From IMG/VR virus record IMGVR_UViG_3300045988_092522, positions 1 to 51,331 of that record: a stretch of 51,331 bases of DNA. One strand, written 5' to 3'. Below are positions 1 to 6,803 of the stretch, piece by piece. Every line of letters begins with the position of its first letter. Position 1 is the stretch's first letter. The translations under genes were made by a program, and so were the position numbers. Source of the DNA: a virus. The notes beneath the pieces were generated by a model, which was not told where the DNA came from, ran no database searches, and saw only the letters and a program-made list of their open reading frames with translations.

Positions 1-119
1 CGGCGGCAGCGCCTTGCCCCGTCGCTCCGCACGCCGCAGGATGCCCTCGCAGGCCCTCGCGCTCAAATAATATTTCTCCGGCGCGTCCGCCTGCAAAATC
101 TGCCACAAGGTAGATTCTC
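1..119. repeat. Terminal direct repeat, identical to 51213..51331 (overlap of a circular or terminally redundant assembly; unique length 51212 bp)
   Basis: Read directly. Both copies run cggcggcagcgccttgcccc...ctgccacaaggtagattctc with no mismatch. Confidence 0.95.
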
Positions 120-703
120 TTGCGGCGCTGGGGAACTCCCCAGTATTGCGCGTCGAGCTGTCTCCACGCGACGCTGTAGCCGTCACCCACGATCTCTCCG
201 GCAGTATTCCAGCGTCCGTTCGCAGGTCGAGGCACTGACAGTTTTTCGTCGCAGACATGGACGAATTCTTCGAGGACGCAGCGGAAGTCCTCTCCTTTGT
301 TGCTGCTGAATGCACCTGGTACGTTTTCCCAAACAGCGAAAGTTGGATACCTACCATTGGTTTCCTGCCTCATTTCTCTTATAATTCTGACGGCCTCGTA
401 AAACAGGCCGCTTCGCGTGGTCTGATCGTCGCCGTTTCCCTCGTGCTTCATCCCGGCGCGCTTGCCTGCCACAGACATGTCCTGACAGGGTGAGCCGAAC
501 GTAATCACGTCCACCGGCTGCACCTTGTCGCCATGCACCCCGGTCACGCTGCCGAGGTGCCGCATCTGCGGGAAGCGGGAGCGCGTCACCGCAATGGGGT
601 ACGGCTCCACCTCCGCCGCCCATACCGGGCGGATGCCGGAGAGCGCCCCGGCGAGGGGAAAACCTCCGCTCCCGTCAAAAAGACTGCCCAACGTCATCTT
701 CAT
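1..703 (-). CDS. DNA (cytosine-5) methyltransferase, N-terminal part; the gene wraps the contig ends and continues at 51212..50197 (572 aa in total)
   Basis: Hand translation from the ATG at 703 (SD AAGGAGAA upstream) gives MKMTLGSLFDGSGGFPLAG (motif I), GSPCQDMSVAG (motif IV), ENVPG (motif VI) and QRRKRIY (motif VIII). There is no stop before base 1. The frame matches ORF 50197..51318 through the repeat. Confidence 0.9.
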   Translation of the reverse strand, partial: MKMTLGSLFDGSGGFPLAGALSGIRPVWAAEVEPYPIAVTRSRFPQMRHLGSVTGVHGDKVQPVDVITFGSPCQDMSVAGKRAGMKHEGNGDDQTTRSGLFYEAVRIIREMRQETNGRYPTFAVWENVPGAFSSNKGEDFRCVLEEFVHVCDEKLSVPRPANGRWNTAGEIVGDGYSVAWRQLDAQYWGVPQRRKRIYLVADFAGGRAGEILFEREGLRGHPAACGATGQGAAA

Positions 704-1080
704 TTCTCCTTCGGTTTGATCCCCAGCTTCTCTGCGACCACGGCTGGGATGGGATTGTCCCTGCATACCTTGCATGTATGCGTATCTGTCGTGCTTTTGC
801 TTGGACATTCAATGCCAAACGCCATCGGGCAAATCCAGCGCGTGTGCCTCGGGAACGTCGTCTCCTGATACTGATACCAGCTCGGGTACTCAGGGTGCTC
901 TTCCGCCCATTTCAACACGATGCGCTCCGCGGTATCGTAGTAAAGATACTTTTCGCCGAGATCAAACCGGCAGACCAAACCATCGTCATCATGCAGTGGG
1001 CATCCATCACAATCGCCCGGATGTTCAAGACATATCCTCCGCGCCTGCCGCATGATCTCCACAAATTCAGCCATTGTCAT
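700..1080 (-). CDS. Hypothetical Cys-rich protein (126 aa)
   Basis: ORF track. Its stop overlaps the methyltransferase start in an ATGA (700-703). Contains CDGC and CKVC pairs. No family recognised. Confidence 0.6.
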   Translation of the reverse strand: MTMAEFVEIMRQARRICLEHPGDCDGCPLHDDDGLVCRFDLGEKYLYYDTAERIVLKWAEEHPEYPSWYQYQETTFPRHTRWICPMAFGIECPSKSTTDTHTCKVCRDNPIPAVVAEKLGIKPKEK

Positions 1081-1086
1081 CCCTCC

Positions 1087-1269
1087 TCAATCCAGCGTCC
1101 ACACGGACAGAATACACACCTCGTTATATCCTTCGCCCTTCAGGTGATCTTTGATCTCTAACATCAGCGCCTCTTCACGTATTGCGGATCGGATTGCTCC
1201 GTTAAGCATCCGCATCTCCGGTGTGACGGCGGAATAGTAGTACGTCCGCAGCTCAGACCTCTTTCTCAT
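1087..1269 (-). CDS. Hypothetical protein (60 aa)
   Basis: ORF track; co-directional with the gene array; weak SD. Confidence 0.45.
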   Translation of the reverse strand: MRKRSELRTYYYSAVTPEMRMLNGAIRSAIREEALMLEIKDHLKGEGYNEVCILSVWTLD

Positions 1270-1375
1270 TTTCCCACAGCTCCCTGTCTCCGGCCCCGCA
1301 CTCGGCCTCCTCGTTGATCCGGCAGCATCCGCCGCCGAGGTTGTGTCTGCATCCTTCGCAGCTGTCGTGGGTCAT
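1253..1375 (-). CDS. Small Cys-rich protein (40 aa, MTHDSCEGCRHNLGGGCCRINEEAECG...)
   Basis: Internal ATG of track ORF 1253..1453, preceded by AAAGGAGG 9 nt upstream. The longer version would overlap gene 1380..1757. Confidence 0.45.
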   Translation of the reverse strand: MTHDSCEGCRHNLGGGCCRINEEAECGAGDRELWENEKEV

Positions 1376-1379
1376 GCGC

Positions 1380-1757
1380 TCAAGCCTCCTTTGGTTGCAG
1401 GCTATCAAGAGGGACAAGCCGCTTGTGGTTATACGCGTAGTACACGATTGCAACCACTATAGGGTCGTATTTCTCGAAACGGTAGCCCTCCTTGCCATAT
1501 GGTGGGGTTTCGTAACTACATTCAAGCCTGCGGCAAATCGTTGTTGTCCCGACATAAACGCCGTCAAATTGCATGTCCACGAATTTGATGCGCTCGCAGT
1601 TGTGAAAGCCGTCTACCTCTATGGGTTCTTTCGCCCCATGCTCGAAATACAGGGCTGTTTCCACGTTGTCCATCGTGTTTTCAGCCGGGATAACCTCGTA
1701 GTGGTTTCCGGTCTTTCGAATGCAGCGGGTACAATGCACCCAATCGCCGAGCTTCAT
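1380..1757 (-). CDS. Hypothetical protein (125 aa)
   Basis: ORF track; protein-like composition; no family recognised. Confidence 0.6.
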   Translation of the reverse strand: MKLGDWVHCTRCIRKTGNHYEVIPAENTMDNVETALYFEHGAKEPIEVDGFHNCERIKFVDMQFDGVYVGTTTICRRLECSYETPPYGKEGYRFEKYDPIVVAIVYYAYNHKRLVPLDSLQPKEA

Positions 1758-1776
1758 TCACGACCACGCTCCCTTC

Positions 1777-2088
1777 CTATTCTCTCCACATCCTGATCAG
1801 CTTGGGATACGTCACGATGCACCCCATCACCCACGCCCATCCGTCCGCGATCCTGTCCCGCACGCGCTGGCGCAGCGGGCGCTTCCGCACGGTTCGCCGC
1901 AGCCGCAGGTCTTCGGCCAGCAGCCTGTTCCGCCGCGCTCGGGTCACGGCCAGCTCCGCCCGCAGGGCGGCTTCCTCCGCCTCCCGGATGGCGTTCTGGC
2001 GGCGCAGCTCCTCGGAGACCACGCCGTTGACGTAGGCCTCCACGCCGCCGTTGCCCTTAATGATGCTGCACGTCGCGATTCTGTCCAT
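1777..2088 (-). CDS. Hypothetical protein with an Arg/Glu/Ala-rich helical segment (103 aa)
   Basis: ORF track; SD AAGGGAG upstream. Confidence 0.55.
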   Translation of the reverse strand: MDRIATCSIIKGNGGVEAYVNGVVSEELRRQNAIREAEEAALRAELAVTRARRNRLLAEDLRLRRTVRKRPLRQRVRDRIADGWAWVMGCIVTYPKLIRMWRE

Positions 2089-2091
2089 CGA

Positions 2092-2952
2092 TCAAAATCT
2101 CCCTTCTTCTGCTCGGCTTACCTCCCACGGAAATTCCTGCCGAAAGCTGCCTTTCATCAGGTCGCGTAAGCTATCTTTCATGAACACAGGCGTTCCGTAC
2201 TTCTTGCAGACTTGTGCGATTTCTTCCACCCATTCCTTGTTGGGGACGGTTCTGTGCTTTGACTTGCCAGTTTCAGCACCGATAACCACCCATTCCCAGC
2301 GTCGAAACGTGCTGTAATCTCCGTTGCTTCCGCTTGAACTTATGAACCATTCCGGCTCGATAGGCTCAAGAATAGGTTCTACGGATACCCATTCAGCATT
2401 GGATTTATACGCGACAGCCATCATGGCATCATCAGTCGCAGATGCACCGAACATCATAACCGGCCTGCTTTTTTCGAGATACATTTCCTCCCACGAAGGC
2501 ATCAAGGATGAGATTTTCTCGTATCTGGAGGGAGCTTTCGTTAGAAACAGATACCGATGTTGTGGAGCAGCATCGCACGCTTTCAAGACTTCTGCAATCC
2601 ACTCGTCTGGCACCCAATGGCCGAACAGGTCTGCCATTGAGCACACGAAGACGTTGCGCGGCTTCTTCCAGTGCTGCGGCTCGTCCAGTTTGTAGCGGTA
2701 AAAGGTTGGCAGAAAACCGAACGGATACGGTTGAATTTTCCCGGCGCTGATTCCTGCATCTCGCATATATGCGTATGTATCGGTGCAACGCACAGGCTCA
2801 TGCAGCACGGGATAATCAGCAAATATCGGCATCTGGTTTGCGCCGAACCGCTCCGCAATCCTTCGAGCGTAGCAGTATTCGCAGCCGTGCAAACAGCCTG
2901 TTACCGGATTCCATGTGCTTTCGCACCAGTCTATCTTAGTCTTAGCGCCCAT
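2092..2952 (-). CDS. Phage Gp37/Gp68 family protein (DUF5131)
   Basis: The N-terminus TKIDWCESTWNPVTGCLHGCEYCYA is the family signature (TKIEW..WNPv.GC....C..CYA). Confidence 0.8.
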   Translation of the reverse strand: MGAKTKIDWCESTWNPVTGCLHGCEYCYARRIAERFGANQMPIFADYPVLHEPVRCTDTYAYMRDAGISAGKIQPYPFGFLPTFYRYKLDEPQHWKKPRNVFVCSMADLFGHWVPDEWIAEVLKACDAAPQHRYLFLTKAPSRYEKISSLMPSWEEMYLEKSRPVMMFGASATDDAMMAVAYKSNAEWVSVEPILEPIEPEWFISSSGSNGDYSTFRRWEWVVIGAETGKSKHRTVPNKEWVEEIAQVCKKYGTPVFMKDSLRDLMKGSFRQEFPWEVSRAEEGRF

Positions 2953-3088
2953 CTACACTATTATCCTCCTCAAACTCTCCGTCAAAGCTGCGCAGGCCGA
3001 AGCCCAGCAGGGCGAGGTTGTAACCGGCGACGCCGCCGATCAGGAAAATGTAGGCGATGAGCACCGCCTTGATGATCTGATTCAGCAT
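2942..3088 (-). CDS. Small membrane protein (48 aa, MLNQIIKAVLIAYIFLIGGVAGYNLALLGFGL...)
   Basis: Internal ATG of the otherwise Arg/Gly-rich track ORF 2942..3400. One clear hydrophobic helix. Fills the gap between flanking genes. Confidence 0.4.
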   Translation of the reverse strand: MLNQIIKAVLIAYIFLIGGVAGYNLALLGFGLRSFDGEFEEDNSVDGR

Positions 3089-3675
3089 ACTTCCTCCCAC
3101 ACGAAGCGGCCTTTGCCGGAATTGCGCCACTGGCCGAGGCCGCGCAGCGCGCCATAGTCCAGGCACTCTTTGACGGCCGCCTCCAGCTCGTCCGTCAGCA
3201 TCACAATCGTCATCGTCATCGTGCTCCCCGCCGGAACGGTCTCGCTGCTGGCCAACGCGGTGCGGCTGCCCGTCGGGCCGTCCGTTCGCAGCGAGCGCTG
3301 ACAGTTGCCCATCTCGCCGCACACCTCCACGGGGATTTTGCGCTCCCGGACAAAAATCAGACCGTCGACGAACTTTTTGTAGGCCTTGAGCTTGCTGCAC
3401 GCCGTACCCGGCACGCGACGAAGCATGCCGATGGAATCCTTGAACATGCCCCGAATCTGATAGTCCCAGAAAAACGGGTGGCCGTCCTCCAGCCTCGGGA
3501 AAACGGTGGTGCCGCTCTCCACCATCGCGTCCACGCCGTTTTCTTCGATCTCCTCCGCCAACTTCGCCGCATCGGGCGCGTTGCTGGCGATGTAGTCGCG
3601 GTAGATTTCAGGGTTCGCGGGCATCATGCCCAGGGCTTCTTCCGTCAGAGTGATCCTGATTCTCAGTTCCTTCAT
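3082..3675 (-). CDS. Hypothetical protein (197 aa) ending in a Gly-rich loop GLGQWRNSGKGRF
   Basis: Track ORF 3082..3711. I prefer the start MKELRIRI at 3675 because GAGGAGGAAAAAAAC precedes it. Confidence 0.7.
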   Translation of the reverse strand: MKELRIRITLTEEALGMMPANPEIYRDYIASNAPDAAKLAEEIEENGVDAMVESGTTVFPRLEDGHPFFWDYQIRGMFKDSIGMLRRVPGTACSKLKAYKKFVDGLIFVRERKIPVEVCGEMGNCQRSLRTDGPTGSRTALASSETVPAGSTMTMTIVMLTDELEAAVKECLDYGALRGLGQWRNSGKGRFVWEEVC

Positions 3676-4087
3676 GTTTTTTTCCTCCTCAATTGTTTGG
3701 CCCCGCGCCATTTCATATCGCAGCTATGCAGAGCTATTCCTTTCCATTGCAATTCGTATCAGTGCAGTGCAAATCCCTCGCAAGTCTGATCTTTTCACCT
3801 CGGCTCTCAGCTACTCCCATCCCTTCCGTTGCAATTCATTGCTTCTCAGTACATCTCATATCCTTTTCCACGCGCGTCTTTTCTCCTCCGTTTCTTTTCG
3901 ATTCATGTCGTATCCAATCTTATCCTTTTCAGTTCATGTCGTATCCAATCCGTTCCTTTTCGTTTCAATTCGATTCATCGCGTTGCACTGATGAGCTATT
4001 TCTTATCAACGCAGTTCATAGCAAGTCCCGTCGCATCTTCTCCATTTCTTTTCACCTCGGCTCAGGGCCGCTCTCATCCATTTCCTC
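3676..4087. repeat. Non-coding, AT-richer, strand-asymmetric region with phased degenerate repeats (candidate iteron array / ori, or a structured GGA-rich RNA)
   Basis: No credible ORF on either strand. 30-bp tandem copies at 3891-3920 and 3921-3950. A 17-bp exact repeat tcttttcacctcggctc at 3790 and 4047. ttgcaattc at 3747 and 3829. Confidence 0.7.
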
Positions 4088-4672
4088 TCATTCCCACACC
4101 CGGACGTATCCAGGCATGACCGTAAAATTGCTGAGCACCTCTTCCGGCAGGGCGTATCGGTCGGGATCGTAGTCATGCCCGGGGCGGTAGTTTTTCGGCA
4201 GCATGCCCACGCACTGCTCCTCGGTCAGGCCGTAGGCCTTGGCGATGCGCTCGACGATCTTGGGATGGGTGACGGTCTTGTCGTCCTGCTCCAGCCAGTC
4301 CAGCAGCAGCGGGGAGATTTCGAGCTTCCGCGCCATTTCCGCGACGGAGAGGCCATAGGCCTGCCGGCCTCGCATCAGGTAGTATCGCGGGCCAAGCGTG
4401 GGGACGTAGACCGCCGCCGGTGGAGCGTCGGAGACGCGCGTTTCACCTTTGAGCGCTTTTCTGCTTTGTTTCTTGGTTTGCTGCTCTTTGACTGCGCATC
4501 CGGCGCACATATGCGTATGCCCGTAACGGAGCGTTTCACCGTGGATTATTTTTTCAAATCCGCAGTCGCAGCGGCACATGTATCGGATTCTTCCGCTCGG
4601 GCTGGGTTCCGCTTCGGCGATCACCGTCCAGTGGTTGTAGCGCCTGCCGATCATGTCAATCTTTGCGCCCAT
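4088..4672 (-). CDS. Zn-ribbon plus helix-turn-helix DNA-binding protein (194 aa)
   Basis: N-terminal CRCDCG...CAGC cysteine cluster. C-terminal XRE-like segment YGLSVAEMARKLEISPLLLDWLE. Confidence 0.7.
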   Translation of the reverse strand: MGAKIDMIGRRYNHWTVIAEAEPSPSGRIRYMCRCDCGFEKIIHGETLRYGHTHMCAGCAVKEQQTKKQSRKALKGETRVSDAPPAAVYVPTLGPRYYLMRGRQAYGLSVAEMARKLEISPLLLDWLEQDDKTVTHPKIVERIAKAYGLTEEQCVGMLPKNYRPGHDYDPDRYALPEEVLSNFTVMPGYVRVWE

Positions 4673-5061
4673 TACATTCCCTCCATCATCGAGACAATCT
4701 CGATCTCCACTCGCGGGTTTTCCCGGTCGAGGCGCACGCGGCTTCCGTCGTGGGCGGCGACGATCTGACTGTTGTCGTCTACCAGCACCTCTGCCCGGAC
4801 GAGGAGGTCGTCCGTGGCCTCCAGCAGGTTGGTCAGGTCGACCCTGCGCCGTGTGGGCATGTAGTACACGCAGCGCACGTTCACCGGCAGGTCGATTCGC
4901 TGGCGGGCCTTTCCGGGTATCTGCCTCAGGCAGTCCGCCTCGTAGGCCTTGTAAGCCTCTGAGGGACTGATAAAGCGCCTTCCCGTTCGGGAGTTACAAC
5001 GTATCGACTGGCTGTTCTTCTTCGTTCTGGGGGCGCCCCAGAGCGTCAGGATGAGCTTCAT
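4672..5061 (-). CDS. rusA: RusA-family Holliday junction resolvase
   Basis: Starts MKLILTLWGAPRTKKNS. Has the DLTNLLEATDDLLV acidic catalytic region. About 129 aa. SD GAAGGAGG upstream. Confidence 0.85.
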   Translation of the reverse strand: MKLILTLWGAPRTKKNSQSIRCNSRTGRRFISPSEAYKAYEADCLRQIPGKARQRIDLPVNVRCVYYMPTRRRVDLTNLLEATDDLLVRAEVLVDDNSQIVAAHDGSRVRLDRENPRVEIEIVSMMEGM

Positions 5062-5227
5062 GCCGCTTCCTCCTTCGCATGATGGTGTTCAGGCCCTTCC
5101 ACGCGGCCTCCGGGTCGCTGTGGGTCTGGCCGAGGAGCGTCCTGCGCTGCTGGGCGGTCAGCTCACCGCGCAGGAGGGCGATGCTGTCGCGCACCTGGCG
5201 GCGCAGGATCATGTCTGCGCTTGTCAT
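4994..5227 (-). CDS. Hypothetical protein (77 aa)
   Basis: SD GAAGGAGG and an ATGA overlap with the organizer gene stop. Its 3' end overlaps rusA by 68 nt (4994-5061), so the true extent is uncertain. Confidence 0.45.
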   Translation of the reverse strand: MTSADMILRRQVRDSIALLRGELTAQQRRTLLGQTHSDPEAAWKGLNTIMRRRKRHEAHPDALGRPQNEEEQPVDTL

Positions 5228-6171
5228 TTGCCGTCGCCTCCTTCGCCATAGAGCTTGTTCAGATCGATGTACAGGTCGTCGTAGTCGCTTTCGGCGTGCG
5301 GGCGCTGCTCGTATTGCAGGGCGGGGTTGGGCTTTGCCGGATACGGGCTGCGAGAGGTCTGCGCCGGGCGCTCCTCATTCCGCGCGTCGCCGATGGTCTT
5401 AAAGCCCTTGGACTGCCAGCTGCGCAGTATGCCGCGCACGTAATTCCAGGTGGGCTTTCCCGCTCCGACGGCGAGGTCGATGGCGTAGCGGAGCATGTCC
5501 GCCGGAAAGTCCTCGACAAAGGATGCAAGCTCCTCCATGTTGCCCGGAGACAGATAGCGGAGATTGCCCGAGGCGTAGGCCTCGACGGTGTTGAAATCAG
5601 GGCGATGATCTGTCTCCACTGCCGCCGCCGCGAGGGGGCGCTCATGCAGCAGTACTTTGCTTTCCTTTACTTTACTTTCCTTTACTTTACTTTGTGTACT
5701 TCTGTATGCATTTTCCGGGGTTTCTGCCTGCATGGTGTTGACATTAACCGGGGTTTCTGCATACATGATGTTGACATTTACGGGGATGAGCTCGCGGGAA
5801 ACCAGAAGGTAGCGCTGTTCAACCTCTACATTTCTTCGACGGGCGACAATCTCGAAGTAGCGTTTCTGGATGCCTCTGCTCGTCAAAACGCCGTACTTCC
5901 TGTAGATTTCCTCGTCAAACAGCGACCTTCGGATCGCGGCGGACACTATTTCCGAAACGGCCTTGCCACCCGTCCCTAGACGCTTCCCGAACAGCAAGGC
6001 AACCTCGTCATTCCATTCACAGTAATAACCAAGCTTGTAGATGCGTTGATAAAGCTTGACGATTACCGCAAACCCTGTCAGCCCAAATTCCGCCTCGATT
6101 AGATCAAGCTTGTCGTCGTTTTCGACGTCAAGCGGAAAGTACTCTACCCCCGCCTTCTGGGGTCTCGGCAT
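5224..6171 (-). CDS. Replisome organizer / replication initiation protein (DUF4373-like N-domain plus DnaD-like C-domain)
   Basis: N-terminus VEYFPLDVENDDKLDLIEAEFGLTGFAVIVKLYQRIY. C-terminus AIDLAVGAGKPTWNYVRGILRSWQSKG (DnaD-domain pattern). Confidence 0.8.
   Translation of the reverse strand: MPRPQKAGVEYFPLDVENDDKLDLIEAEFGLTGFAVIVKLYQRIYKLGYYCEWNDEVALLFGKRLGTGGKAVSEIVSAAIRRSLFDEEIYRKYGVLTSRGIQKRYFEIVARRRNVEVEQRYLLVSRELIPVNVNIMYAETPVNVNTMQAETPENAYRSTQSKVKESKVKESKVLLHERPLAAAAVETDHRPDFNTVEAYASGNLRYLSPGNMEELASFVEDFPADMLRYAIDLAVGAGKPTWNYVRGILRSWQSKGFKTIGDARNEERPAQTSRSPYPAKPNPALQYEQRPHAESDYDDLYIDLNKLYGEGGDGK
5661..5780. repeat. Tandem repeats inside the organizer gene linker: 2 x 15 bp (5661-5690) and 2 x 33 bp (5715-5747 / 5748-5780)
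   Basis: tttcctttactttac occurs twice. ccggggtttctgcNtNcatgNtgttgacattNa occurs twice (29/33 identical). They encode KVKESKVKESKV and PVNVN(I/T)M(Y/Q)AET. Confidence 0.85.
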
Positions 6172-6174
6172 GGA

Positions 6175-6396
6175 TCAGTCCGTTGGGGTGCGCATGTTCC
6201 ATGCCTCACGCGCAAGCTCCTCGAAATCATTGTGATAATCCTTGTCGCTGAAAGTCGGCCCCTGTGCTCCGCAGAGGGCGCATTTCACGCGGCATACGTG
6301 ATCCGGGTTTTCCAGAGTGAAATCAGAAATGTCTGTTTCAAGACGCACAATCGGCGTTCTCGCTCCACAAAAGGGGCAGGGCATAAAATACGGCAT
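6175..6396 (-). CDS. Lar-family restriction alleviation-like protein (73 aa)
   Basis: CPFCG...C..CGAQGP...EAWNMR matches the Lar-family pattern as I recall it. Confidence 0.55.
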   Translation of the reverse strand: MPYFMPCPFCGARTPIVRLETDISDFTLENPDHVCRVKCALCGAQGPTFSDKDYHNDFEELAREAWNMRTPTD

Positions 6397-6725
6397 TACA
6401 TAACCTCCTTTTCGATTTCCATCTCCATCTGCCCGTTCGCCCGCCTGAGCGCCCGCCGCGCGCAGATCAGGAGCCTCGAAAGGCTGCGGATGCGGGCGGC
6501 GGTGTCGCCAATAAAGGCGCGGATTTCCTCCGGGTCACTGGTGCGGTAGTAGCCGCGCCCGCGGGAGGAGGAGACGACGATCATGCCGTCGCTGTCGTCC
6601 TCCCGAAAGCGGGCGATCTGCCTGCGCACCTTGCGGTCAGGCATGTCCCAGCGCCCTGCCAGCGCCATGCGGGTGACGGCGTTATTCCGCCCCACTGGGA
6701 TGTCCGTTCGGCTCGGCACAGCCAT
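6396..6725 (-). CDS. Hypothetical protein (109 aa)
   Basis: ORF track; SD AAAGGAG 7 nt upstream. Confidence 0.6.
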   Translation of the reverse strand: MAVPSRTDIPVGRNNAVTRMALAGRWDMPDRKVRRQIARFREDDSDGMIVVSSSRGRGYYRTSDPEEIRAFIGDTAARIRSLSRLLICARRALRRANGQMEMEIEKEVM

Positions 6726-6792
6726 GCTCGCACTCCTTTCTCACGCACGCGTCGCAGTCGCGGCAGCAGGTGCAGGCGTCACACGTCAGCAT
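6682..6792 (-). CDS. Possible small Cys-rich peptide (36 aa, MLTCDACTCCRDCDACVRKECEHGC...)
   Basis: Hand-translated. GAGGAGG lies 6 nt upstream of the ATG. It overlaps the next gene by 44 nt. Confidence 0.3.
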   Translation of the reverse strand: MLTCDACTCCRDCDACVRKECEHGCAEPNGHPSGAE

Positions 6793-6803
6793 TGTCGGCC
6801 TCC

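Noticed and set aside
2942-3400. 152-aa track ORF overlapping gene 3082..3711
   Set aside because: The N-terminal two thirds are Arg/Gly/Asp-rich out-of-frame overlap. Only the C-terminal 48-aa hydrophobic part was kept, as a tentative small gene.
3676-4087. CRISPR array interpretation of the repeat region
   Set aside because: - There is no regular repeat-spacer alternation.
- The two best 30-bp copies are directly adjacent, and the other copies are degenerate and irregularly spaced.
- No cas genes are present.
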